Positions 13,996 to 25,653 of a DNA stretch of 64,000 bases are shown piece after piece. The translations under genes were made by a program, and so were the position numbers. The notes beneath the pieces are model-generated. The model searched no databases. It was not told where the DNA came from and worked only from the letters and a program-made list of their open reading frames with translations. The DNA is taken from NCBI RefSeq assembly GCF_037042905.1, contig NC_087250.1, positions 6,760,001 to 6,824,000 on the forward strand, given 5' to 3'. Each line of letters begins with the position of its first letter. Within the stretch, counting starts at the first letter, position 1. The DNA is from Lytechinus pictus. Its lineage: Eukaryota.

Positions 13996-14159
13996 ATATA
14001 TTGACTGCTTTAATATTCGAGGCATGGTTATTTCCATAGGCTCTCGGGTACCTACAACTTGCTATGACCCCGCGGCGCAAGCGCCTTGGGGTCATAGCAA
14101 GTTGTGAGGTCCCCTCGAGCCTATGGAAATAACCATGCCTCTCATCGCAGTCAATATAT
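13996..14159. repeat. Subterminal long hairpin of the Crypton
   Basis: Nested stems ATATATTGACTGC/GCAGTCAATATAT, GAGGCATGGTTATTTCCATAGGCTC/GAGCCTATGGAAATAACCATGCCTC, ACAACTTGCTATGACCCC/GGGGTCATAGCAAGTTGT. Confidence 0.95.
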
Positions 14160-15279
14160 CTATAATATACGCATCTTGTTCAGGTTCACAAACATTGCCC
14201 AGAAAAGTCAATTTTCAGGTTAAAATAATTATATACATGCAATTCCAAAAATTTTCAGCTCGCGCTTCGCGCTCGCACTATTTAAATAGGGCTTATAAGA
14301 TAATTACACTTTTTATGTTGTTTTATAAGAATAAAGCGTAGAAATGACAGTTAGGACATCGGCGTTTTGCCCCCCCCCCCCCTTATTTTTCATGGCCAAG
14401 AAAAAAAGAGAAAAGGAAAGGGATAAGGGAAAAATATAGGCTTATCATTTTCGAAAAACGTTATGTCAAAATCTACAAAAACTCGTTCGCTCGCAAGTTC
14501 TTATTAATTTTTACGTGATACGCTGTATTTAGCCCCCTCAAAATTTTTGGATCATTTCTCCACTGGGAAAACCCCTTCAAAGAAACAAATTAAAATCAAC
14601 TTTGAGTGGCCGATCTGGGAAAATGTGGGTGAAAAAAAATGTCGGGCCCACCTATTGGCAAGAGCTGGATTCGCCCCTGCCATCTGCAAATCTTTACAAA
14701 CCCAGAATTCGATCATAATTTGTATGTCACCGTAGCATAAGATCATTTGTTTTGGTAATCTTTGTAGTGGCGTAGTATACGGGGGGCCAGGGGGCACTTG
14801 CCCCTCCCTGAGATTTGGTTTGCCCCCCCCCCCTGAAAAAATTGACGGAGCAAAAAAAAAGGGGGGAGAAAGAAAGAAAGAAAAAAAGGGGGAAAGATAG
14901 AAGAAAAAAGAAGAGGAAAATGAGAGGAGGAAGAGGAGTGAATAATATAAGGTGAAGGAAAGACTTTCTTTTTTATGTCACTATACAACAATTTTGCTCA
15001 CGCTTCCCGCTCGCATTGCCTTTTCCATGAGATTAATATCTTGCTCAATATAGGCTGATATGGAGCTTATTAAAGTATACATCCAAAGAAAATTCACGAA
15101 AGTGATGATTATATACAAATTATATATGAATGGAAAGGTCTTGTCTTTTTATACACAAATATGTCACTAAAAAGTCTTATTGATGTCCTGGAAATGCAAG
15201 AAATGAAATTATTAGAGACCCTTCTCAGCCCCCAGCCGCCCCCAGACAGACAGTCACGCGATCAAAAACAGTCGAGAAT

Positions 15280-15577
15280 AATGACGTCACATGATCGACT
15301 CACTCTGTGCAAGCCAGCAGTACACTGATAGCTGATTCACCTTCCTGGTCTCTATTTTTCTTCGAATTTACCGTTTTCTTCATGTATTGTGATATCCGAA
15401 TTCTGTTTTCGACAACTTCAGACTATAAGGGATTCAGAACTGTGTTATTTTGCCCGTTTTTTATTGAATTGTGAACTGGAAAGATCGATTTTGTCCAATC
15501 GACAGTCTTCGTTGTGTTGCTCTACTAACTATAGAAAAACTCCAAGCTGTTTGATTCAGTCAAAAGTCAAGGTAAGC
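15280..15577 (+). promoter_or_regulatory. Putative internal promoter and non-coding first exon of the Kolobok-like element
   Basis: TGACGTCA overlapping CACATG, followed ~290 bp later by a strong donor AAG|GTAAGC (15572). Confidence 0.35.
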
Positions 15578-16233
15578 ATGTTTGGAAACTGTACTTGTTC
15601 TGACGATGCATTCAGGTCAGATGACAGATACAGATCTGATATAAGTTTAGAATCATGCATTTTGGCATAACTACTATTAAAATTAAAAAGTTTTTATTTT
15701 AGAAATAATGTTTTTGCACAATTTCAGCAGATTTTTTCTTCAGATTTCTAAAACTGGTCAGGACTCAGGCAGGCAATTAAATTATTTAGGAGCACTGGTA
15801 TGGACCATGGCTGAAAATCTGCTGTTTCAGAGGAATGTTTAAGTTTTTATTATACACATAATTATATCACCATGATGCCGATGTCATGAAGCCAGACAAA
15901 ATTTCAGCAGTGATTACCCTGATTCCTGGCCAAAATCACTCACACGTATTGCGAGGTTAGTATTAGTATACTAACCTCGCACCACGAACCGCGTTTGGCA
16001 GTGGATTTCTAACTAGTGGGTCGCGCGTGCTGGGATCTCACTTCTTGGGTCCACGACTTCTATGGCTTGAATTTTCTGTGCGCGGCGGCATGTAATGAAC
16101 CCTTGGGAGGGTCAAAATTAGAGTCTGGTGTTTCTTTCTGATTAGAGTGTTGCTGCATATATGTATGCGTAATGCCTTCAACAATGAAGATAGATGCAAT
16201 CTTTGTAATGACACAGAGACTCAGAGAGCACCG

Positions 16234-16382
16234 TACCTCAAGTGATGTTCGTGTAGTCTCCACTTCACTACTGCTACAGCCTACACTACGCTACACACCT
16301 ACCCGGGTAGGTGTGGCGTACATGTACGGTAGTGTAGCGGTAGTGAAGTGGAGTGGGGCCAACACAAACATCACTTGAGGTA
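16234..16382. mobile_element. Palindromic hAT-like MITE
   Basis: TIR TACCTCAAGTGATGTT/AACATCACTTGAGGTA; 8-bp duplication GAGCACCG/GAGCACCA (1 mismatch). Confidence 0.8.
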
Positions 16383-16848
16383 GAGCACCAGTGTTCTGAG
16401 TGGAACTTTTCAGGTGTCTAAACCTATTATCATTTGTTGTTGACCGGGAATTACATGCCACCGCACGTCATCAATCATCACGATAATTAAATTCATACTT
16501 TGATTTGATTATTTAAACTATTTCTTTTTTCTCTCTTCTACACACATATCTGCACACTTGCTGACTCTGGTGACTTCTGGTCTCTGCTTGCTACCTCAAT
16601 CTGGATGATTCCATCATGTCCTTTTACTATGAATTGGATATAGCCATTTTTTCTTCACTCTTTCCAGGACCTACGGTTTGCAAGTTGTGGACTGATAATG
16701 ATACAAAAGAAAAATGTTCTTTATCAATCTTGGAAACAATTTTGAGCACAGTTTTGGAGAGAACTAAAAAAATTGACTTGGACAGGAATACAGCTTGTCA
16801 AAAATAATAACACACAATTTAAACGAAAGAACAATTTTAATGTTACTA

Positions 16849-17018
16849 GGGCATTTTGCGAGAAATGTTATACTCAATCACACGTCCCAAATCAAGGGTA
16901 AGTCCTTTGATTAAACATGTAGTTGAATTGCGATTGCAACTCGACATTATTACGCTTGAATTTGAATTTAAGACTTATGCTTGATTTGCAATTGAACATA
17001 AGTTTCTTGCAGTGCCCC
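16849..17018. mobile_element. Degenerate short Harbinger-like MITE related to the 4651 terminus
   Basis: Right end AGTTTCTTGCAGTGCCCC, decayed left end GGGCATTTTGCGAGAAAT; internal TCCCAAA..GTAAGTCCT..GATTAAAC shared with 4695-4730. Confidence 0.55.
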
Positions 17019-17777
17019 ATAATTATGTTTTGTTATCAGATATTTAACGTGCTGATTTTTCTCGAAAGGTATAATATATTTGTCCTTTTAAACGGTATTT
17101 GAATATGGGTACGCCTTTTATTTGTTTTCCTCAATATTTATTGCATGTATGAACAGAAGTGAAATATTTATTGTGAAGCACTGTGAATGTTGTGTGCTGT
17201 TGTGTGATGGTTCATCATTTTTGTTATAAGACTAAAAGCATGGTGGATGTGAGGAAGTGGCCTGGATGAAAGAAAAGTGAACATGTGTCAAATTACTGAT
17301 TTGCATATTCGAAGACAATTTTGTTTCTGGATAAATTTTGCTATGCATTCCCTACATTAAGAGTAAAGGAGAAGTCCACGCAATCAAAAATTCATTTGAA
17401 TTTAAAGAAAAATAACAAGATATTGCAGGAAATTTCATAAAAACTTTGATTCAAATTTATATAATTACTATTTTAACAGTTCCGTAAATATTACCTATCG
17501 TGATCAGATTAAGAGTTTCCTATCGTCAAATCTGCAAAGAATAAAAAACAAAATGCCACAAAAAATAGAAACGAATGTGATGTGAGTGACAACTCTAATT
17601 TGCATATCATTGTTTTGTGTATATGACTGTTTTGAGTAAAAACAACAAGGGAAATCACTCTATTCAAATAATTTTTAGTTGATGTGGACTTGACTTTTAA
17701 CTCTACCCCTCCCATCCCAAATAAGAGTAGAAATAATCTAATCAAGAACTTGAAAATCAAAAGCAGCAATTAAAAAT

Positions 17778-17848
17778 CCGAGTTTCGAACCAGGGTCCTC
17801 GCACATGACAAAACAATGGCCAACGCATTTGGCCACAGACCGTCGCCC
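17778..17848 (-). pseudogene. tRNA-derived sequence similar to 3882-3951
   Basis: Minus strand GGGCG...TGGCCAAATGC (A-box-like) ...GGTTCGAAACT (B-box-like). Confidence 0.5.
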
Positions 17849-18892
17849 TATTCGGAAGGCATTTTTAAGATATATGAAAGAAAGTCCGCTCGCCGCTGTT
17901 TCCTAATAATGCTTCGGCACTTCAACTGCAATTTCAGTCATTTCGCGATGGATATTGCCGTGTTTTTTTTTTGTGGTTCCTGACTTTGCTACTTAATGAA
18001 ATTTCATAATTTTTGTTCAGTCATAAAGAAGAATGTCTATGCTTTATATTGATTATAACATTAATGTGACGCAAGTGTGATTTCTACGTGAAAATATGCT
18101 TTGTTTATTCACATATATTTCTTGAAAAAAAAAATATTCTAAGCTAAATATCGGTTACCAAAATACGTTAAATGTGCACTTTTTTTTCACTGTTCAGTAA
18201 ATTCAAACTTTTATCTATATAACAAGACCAATCTTAAGAGGAATAAACAATTCTAAGAGCAAAAAACGCTGATTGGAAAGATCGTCTCCAATGGGCTGCT
18301 GTCAGCTCATGCTCACTGCTCATTGTGTGACGTCACTCAGCTGGAGCTCGCAAGAGGACCGGTGGAAGGCAGAAATATGGCATGAAAATAAATCATTTTT
18401 GAGAGCTGATTTCTGCAATCTCTGATCACTATTTTGAAAAGTGAAGTTATATATCTGATTAGTAATACTTCCCCTTTACAATGATGACCACATAAAGTTA
18501 TTATAAAATACTTTTGATTCTTCGGATGTATACTTTAAAATATCAAATTTTGAAGTCAATATACAAAACATATTTCATCTCGGATATCGAGCTTTCATTA
18601 TTCTAAATTTACAAATTGATTTTTTCAAGTGCTCTGTAAAATGTCCGTTTATGGTCAAAATATTGATATTTTCAGCTCACGCTGCTCGATTGCATTATCT
18701 GATTTGCATAGGCCTACTTCTTTATAAATTCTTACAAACCGTCCTTAAAATGCACCTTAAACGAATTGTATACTATCATGATTGCCAATTTGTATAGAAA
18801 AGAAACTGTATTTGATTATGTCATTTTGTTTACAATTTAGTAATTTTGGTACTTAATTTCCTTCTTCAATGTTTAATTGCTTTCACCCAAGA

Positions 18893-18973
18893 ATAATACA
18901 CACAAAAACACCTTGTAATTTTACCATTTAGGGCCTAAATGGTAAAATTACAAGGCGTTCTTGTGTGTATTAT
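18893..18973. repeat. Isolated ~80-bp near-perfect hairpin
   Basis: ATAATACACACAA..CCTTGTAATTTTACCATTTAGG-G-CCTAAATGGTAAAATTACAAGG..TTGTGTGTATTAT. Confidence 0.9.
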
Positions 18974-19869
18974 CTTTGCATAAAGTTTTTTAGCTTACTG
19001 TATTAAATTATAAAGCCACATCTTAATCAGGAATGTGCACCAATTGTTTCATAATTCTTAGCTTCTTGTTAGTTGAATTGTTTTTAATTAACAGGTCTAT
19101 AGGTCCTACTTGACAGTGTTAGTGTTGATAGTTGCGTTATCGACTTTCAATATTTGTACCTATGAAGGTGTCTTTTTATGTTTTATCTATTTGCCTGATT
19201 GCTTTCCTGAAATTAAACCCAAAATAAATATTAGACAAAAATCAGATAAGTTGGAATCAGAGATATTCAGCATTTGTGATTATTATGACTAATCATGATC
19301 AATTGTAATATGAAAACTTAGTATGACGGCCAGTTTACACATTTTCTGATTATGCATAGCCAAACGGGATGTCTCGTGTGCAAGCCCCCCCCCCCCCGTT
19401 TTTCATGATGCAGAAGGCGCCGCTAAACAAAAACAAAAAGGAAAAAAGAAAGTGAGAGAACAGGAGAAAGAGCAATATAAAAGAGAAAGAAAACGTTATT
19501 AACGAAAGATAAAGTAGAAAATATTTCGAAAACCTGTGCCACCGACCAAAACTTTCAATGGGTCCCACTTAATTCTAACATTGATTCTGGAGAGAAGGGG
19601 GGATTTTCTGGGGCAGTTGTCCGGGGGGTAATTGTCCTAGAACCTAGGCTAATCAATGCAGTAATGAATTGCAACAATAACTGACATCTTGGGGAAGAAA
19701 ACCCCAAATTATCATATACTTTTGCCAATCATCATGCATTTATCGTACGTCCACATCAAAGTGCAAGATATTGTATCATGAAGAATAAATTTTCATTTCG
19801 GGAGAGTAAACAAAAGGTATTCCATGAGAAAGAAAGTGTTAAATATTACAAGCATTTTAACTTGAAACA

Positions 19870-22800
19870 TATGAGACGCCGATTGTACCAATGTCATATA
19901 GAACAATTATTTGTTATATAATCATTATTCCTTAAATAATAACTAATATTGATATATAATTTACATTTTATTTGTAAATAATTACCATTATATCAAATAA
20001 CATTTCTAATTATTTATATATAATTCCAAGCAATAATTTATTATTTGTAAATAATAATAGTTCGACATTCCATAATTTATAAATAATGATTATTTGTTTG
20101 TCATTATTTATGAATAATAATTATTTGTTTGTCATTATATATAAATAATGATTATTTATTTGTCATTATTTATAAATAATGATTATATGTTTTTGATTAT
20201 TCATAAATAATGATTATTTATTTTTCATTATTTATAAATATTTATTTTTGTTTTTCATTATTTATAAATAATGACACTACATTCTTCATTATTCATAGAT
20301 AATTGCAATTATTTATAAATAATAATTATTTATTAACAATGCCAGTGCACATTTCTTTATTTATAAATGATTTGTTGAGTTTCCCATTATTTGTAAATAA
20401 TGATTATTTGTTAAATAATGAAAACGTCTCGAGTGCGCCATTATTCTCATTATTTATAAATAATCATTATTCAATGTTCGAGTTTTCCATTATTTATAAA
20501 TAAAGATTATTTGTTAAATAGTGAAATATCTACCTCATTATTTATAAGTAATGAAAATTTATCGTGTTCCATTATTTATAAATAACAATGTGGTTTCAAT
20601 ATCCCATTATTTATAAATAATCATTATTTATAAACAATTTTTACAGTTTACCATTATATACAAATAATCATTATTTATATACAAATAACCATTATTTATA
20701 AATAATGGAAAACTCGACTATAACATGCAAATGTGGGGCCGCCCATGATATGAATATTCATGATGCGATCTCCTTTTTCGTTAGTTTTCTTCACAATTTT
20801 TTGTCTATTTCCTCTTCATAATGACATTTCTTGAAGCAATTTTCTAGGGATATGGTCTGATTGTAATATTTTTCATTTTCTATATAACTTCGTCTTCGTA
20901 GAAATATCAAAAAGTGTAATTTTATACGATTTTTCCTACAGTTCAATAGGCGCGCGTGTATTTCACCTTTTTCTCTCTGATCGTAGGAACAACCCAAGGG
21001 TTCATTACATGTCATCGCGCACAGAAAAATCAAGTCATAGAAGTCGCGCGTTGTGGACAACAGAAGTGAGATCCCAGCACGCGCGACCCACTAGTTAGAA
21101 ATCCACTGCAAAACGCGGTTCATGGTGCGAAGTTTAGTGGGAACAACCGGTGAATCGACGGACTGCTCTTCATCGAAATACTACGTTGGTTGGTCCCCGC
21201 AACTGGCGGGCGGAATTTAGCCCGAATCCTCGATGGAAGTGGATCAAGTGCATATGAGCTGAGAGAGTGAAGTATCAGTGTACGAGCATCAGGCCCTTCT
21301 ACTTTATAATTTTTTTTTTTCTGTTTTTGTTAAGTTAATTTTTCCTGGTGTAGAGTTAAGTTTCAGTTCTAATAATGCACTTCAAATACTTGTTGGAGTG
21401 TTTGTTTGAGGCGCTTGGGGCGTTTTCACCCAGCCCCTCCCGGCCCCCAAATGCTCAAAGCATGACCCCTAAATTTTTGAAAACTTTTTTTTTTTTTTGA
21501 AAATTATCCCAAAATTCACAAAAGTGTGCACGAACGCCTTCATATTTCACTTTTAAAACTGCAAAAAGTGCCCAAATGGCAAGCTTGCAGGTCGCTTTGC
21601 TGTGTCATTTTCAACTTGAGAACGTTTACGCGCATGCCCCTCCCCCCCCCCCCCCCCCGAAAGAAATTCTGTGTAATGCCATGCTCAAAAGAGCCTGGCA
21701 CATTGATTTTTATATACTTTTCATTTTCATTATTTTTATCTCATTATCATCATGGCTTTAGGCATAATTTTTTCCGGGGGGGGGGGAGCATGACGCGCGT
21801 AAACTTTCTCAAAAAAATCTCGAAAGCTAGACAGCGACACGACCAAGCTCATATGACAAGCTTGGTCGCTTCGCTTTTTCAAGATTTTTTTGAAAAAGTT
21901 TACTCGCGTCTGCGTATAGACCATGATGATAATGATATGAAAATAAAAAGTATATATAAATCATTTTACCATGCTCTTTTGAGCATGGCACAATGTAACT
22001 ACTCTTTGTAACTGCTCTTTTGAGCATGATCGTACGCAGAATTTCTTTTGGGTGGGGGGGGGGGACAGACGCGCGTAAACGTTCTCAAGTTGAAAGCGAG
22101 ACAGCGAAGCGACCAAGCTTGTCATTTGGGCTTGGTTGCGTGGCTTTCTCGGTTTTAAGATTTTTTTTAAAAAGTTTACGCGCGTCCTGACCCCCCTGGA
22201 AAAATTATGCGTAAGGCCATGATGATAATTAGATAAAAATAATGAAAATGAAAGTATATATAAATCAATGTGCCAGCTAGGCTCTTTTGAGCATGGCCGT
22301 ACACATAATTTCTTTCGGAGGGGGGGGGCAGACGCGTAAACGTTCTCAAGTTGAAAGCGACACAGCGAAGCGACCAAGCTTGTCATTTGGGCACTTTTAG
22401 GAGTTTTAAAAGTGAAATATGAACACTTTTGGAGAATTTTGTGACAATTTTCAATAAAAAATAAGTTTTCAAAAATTTAGGGGTCATCATGTCCCCGTAT
22501 TGTCGTTGCTTTGAGCATTATGGGGCCGGGGTCGAAATCGCCCCAAATGCCTCAAACAGACACTCCAAAATGTATTTAAAGTGCATTATTAGAACTGAAA
22601 CTTATCTCTACACCAGGAAAAATAAACTTAAAAAAAAAAAGCAACAAAGAATATTTATAGAAAATAGAAGGGCCTGATGCACGTACACGGATACTTCACT
22701 CTCTCAGCTCATATGCACTTGATCCACTTCCATCGAGGATTCAGGATAAATTCCGCCCGCCAGTTCCGGGGACCAACCAACATAGTATTTCGATGAAGAG

Positions 22801-24072
22801 CACTCCGTCGATTCACCGGTTGTCCCTACGATGGAAAAGGTGAAATACACGCGCGCCTATGGGGATTGTGAACTGTAGGAAAAATCGTATAAAATTACAC
22901 TTTTTGATATTTCTACGAAGACGAAGTTAAATAGAAAATGAAGAATATTACAATCAGACCATATCCCTAGAAAATTGCTTCAAGAAATGTCATTATGAAG
23001 AGGAAATAGACAAAAATTTGTGAAGAAAAATCACGAAAAAGGAGATCGCATCATGAATACTCATATCATGGGCGGTCCCACATTTGCATGTTATAGTCGA
23101 GTTTTCCAATATTTATAAATAATGGTTATTTGTATATAAATAATGATTATTTGTATATAATGGTAAACTGTAAAAATTGTTTATAAATAATGATTATTTA
23201 TAAATAATGGGATATTGAAACAAAATTGTTATTCATATATAATGAAACACGATAAATTTTCATTATTTATAAAATAATGAGGTAGATATTTCATTATTTA
23301 ACAAATAATCTTTATTTATAAATAATGGAAAACTCGAACATTAAATAATGATTATTTATAAATAATGAGAATAATGGCGCACTAGAGACGTTTTCATTAT
23401 TTAATAAATAATCATTATCTATAAATAATGGGAAACTCAACAAATTATTTATAAATAAAGAAATGTGCGCTGGCATTGTTAATAAATAATTATTTTTTAT
23501 AAATAATAGAAAACTTGACAAACTTATTTATAAATAATGGAAAAACGAATAGAAATTAATAATTGAAAATGAAGTATGTAGTGTCTTTATTTATAAATAA
23601 TGAAAAACAAAAATAATTATTTATAGATAATGAAAAACAAATAATCAGTATCTATAAATAATGAAAAACAAATAATCATTATTTATAAATAATGAAAAAC
23701 AAAAATAATTATTTATAAATAATGAAACACAAATAATCATTATTTATAAATAATGAAAAATAAAAAATCATTATTTATAAATAATTAAAAATAAATAATC
23801 ATTATTTATAAATAATGAAAAACAAATAATCATTATTTATAAATAATGAAAAACAAATAATCATTATTTATAAATAATGAAATGTCGAACTATTATTATT
23901 TACAAATAATGAAGTATTACTTGGAATTATATATAAATAATTAGAAATGTTATTGATATAATAGTAATTATTTACAAATAAAATGTAAATTATCTATAAA
24001 TAATAGTTACTATTTAATAAGTAATGATTATATAACAAATAATTGTAATATTGGTACAGTCGGCGGCTCATA
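19870..24072. mobile_element. 4.2-kb palindromic (foldback) non-autonomous element, IS3EU-like termini
   Basis: TATGAGACGCCG ... CGGCGGCTCATA with 6-bp duplication GAAACA (19864-19869, 24073-24078); arms stay complementary almost to the centre (~21870); AT-rich tandem subrepeats TTATTTATAAATAAT in the outer arms. Confidence 0.85.
20994..21139 (-). mobile_element. Short (~146 bp) insertion in the left arm of the palindrome
   Basis: Absent from the right arm; flanked by GGAACAAC(C) duplication (20986, 21140); inverted second copy at ~15970-16106. Confidence 0.8.
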
Positions 24073-25206
24073 GAAACATACAATACACACATACAAACAC
24101 TTTTGATACACATTCCCCCATCTTCTTATGATTTCTTACACCCATCCTTTTTTTCATGATTACAGGCTCTGGTACTGTCGGACGAAGGAGAATGGCAGGC
24201 TGCATTCTCACCTCATGCAACTTCACCATCCATCTTCTGACGGTTTCTCAGTGGAAATTTTCCACGTAAGATATGCTGCTCTGCTTTTACACTGTGTAAC
24301 TTCAATGTCACATTAACAGTAATGCATACCAGCGCTAGAATTTAGGGTTAAAAAAGAAGTAAATGTATAACGCGTGGGTCTATTGAAAGATTATAGTTTA
24401 CCATTATCATTGAAAGACGCAGCATGACATACAGTATAGTAGGACTAATGTTCAACTGTATTTATTTTACAATTTAATATACAGTATAGAATATTGATCC
24501 CAATATGTTCGTTTTATAGTTTGCTTTGGTTTTGAAAACAAAATCAAAGCCCCATTATTCGCTTTTAACTTTAGTATAAATTAATTTTCCACAGACTTTG
24601 TAATATTGAATGATATGACAACGTCGAACTGCAGCATACGTTTACATCAATGGAGAAAAAAACAGCAAGTGCTATGAAGAGGGAAAGAGAGAACTTGGTT
24701 GAATTTCTAGTGTGTAATTTGTCTTTAATTAAAGTGCACAAAAATAAAATATTAATAAAAAAAAGACAGAGAACAAGGGACAATTCAGAGAGTAGTTCGG
24801 GCTACTTCTTAATGCTGTCTAATAAATACTCGTGAATTTTCCCGGTCCCTATTTAAACTTATCTATTTTACTGTACGATAAATATTTCTTTAATGATATT
24901 TGCCCTTTAACCCATGCCTTACCGTCTGCTTTTTAAAAATGATTCCTCTTCAAAAGAAGGTGCCCGAGTGTAATACACTAGTATACATGCACTGTATATA
25001 AGCGCTATAAAATGCATCCCAGAGAAAACAAAATGTTACAGTGTCATAGGATTAACTCTGCTCTAGGCATGAAAGGTAATAAAGAACCAGAATGGACCCA
25101 GTAGTGAAAGTGACAAATAATTATACTAATCGAAAGATTATAAACTATTAAAAACAGCAGGGCAAGCGTTACGCATTTTACCTCTTACCAGCTGGATGGT
25201 TTGCTT

Positions 25207-25650
25207 AAGTCCACCCCAACAAAAATTTGATTTAAATTGTGACAAGTGACAAATCAAACGAGCATAACACTGAAAATTTCATCAAAATCGGATGTAAAAT
25301 AAGAAAGTTATGACCTTTTAAAGTTTCACTTAATTTCACACAATAGTTATATGCACATCCTGGTCGGTATGCAAATGAGGGAACTGATGACATCACTCAC
25401 TCACTTTTTCTTTTGTATTTTATTATTTGAAATATTCTAATTTTCTCCTCATTGTCCTGTGAAACAAAGTTTTATTTCTCACTGAACATGTGGAGTTACC
25501 ATTGCTTAACATTATATGGTTCAGTGAAGTTGGTCCATGTCAAATCTGTAAAAAATGAAATATTGTATAATTCAACCAATAAAAAACAAAATAGTGAGTG
25601 AGGGACGTCACCTATTCTCTCATATGCATGTGACTAAATTGTGGATATAA
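25207..25650. mobile_element. Truncated copy of the abundant TTAA-target MITE family (see 33309-33900)
   Basis: Shared AAGTCCACCCCA...AAATTTCATCAAAATCGGATGTAAAATAAGAAAGTTATGAC. Confidence 0.85.
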
Positions 25651-25653
25651 GAA

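Larger units (their letters stand above)
11838..14170 (+). mobile_element. Crypton tyrosine-recombinase DNA transposon, apparently full length
   Basis: Single YR ORF; no TIRs; boundary cores TTATAC (11838-11843) and ATATAC (14165-14170); long 3' hairpin; the flanks rejoin to match the uninterrupted repeat at 35681-35709. Confidence 0.88.
11040..14679. repeat. Interspersed repeat built of GCTCGCGCTTCGCGCTCGCA-containing subunits, ending CGCCCCTG; interrupted by the Crypton
   Basis: Collinear with uninterrupted copy 35230-35979; left boundary approximate. Confidence 0.8.
15074..18534. mobile_element. Kolobok-like non-autonomous element (TTAA target) carrying nested MITEs
   Basis: TTAA|AGTATACATCCAAAGAA ... 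TTCTTCGGATGTATACT|TTAA; TGACGTCA about 200 bp inside each end (15282, 18328). Confidence 0.78.

Noticed and set aside
4651..17018. One 12.4-kb element bounded by GGGGTGTTGCAAGAAACT / AGTTTCTTGCAGTGCCCC with an AT duplication (ISL2EU-like) containing the Crypton
   Set aside because: The right end has its own decayed partner at ~16849 and lies inside the TTAA-flanked element 15074-18534, which would otherwise have to overlap the boundary
24166..24265. Plus-strand exon with good AG/GT signals and an ATG (MAGCILTS...)
   Set aside because: No recognisable product or convincing partner exons; the opposite strand gives a TIR-like motif collinear with other TLR remnants. An antisense non-coding exon cannot be excluded
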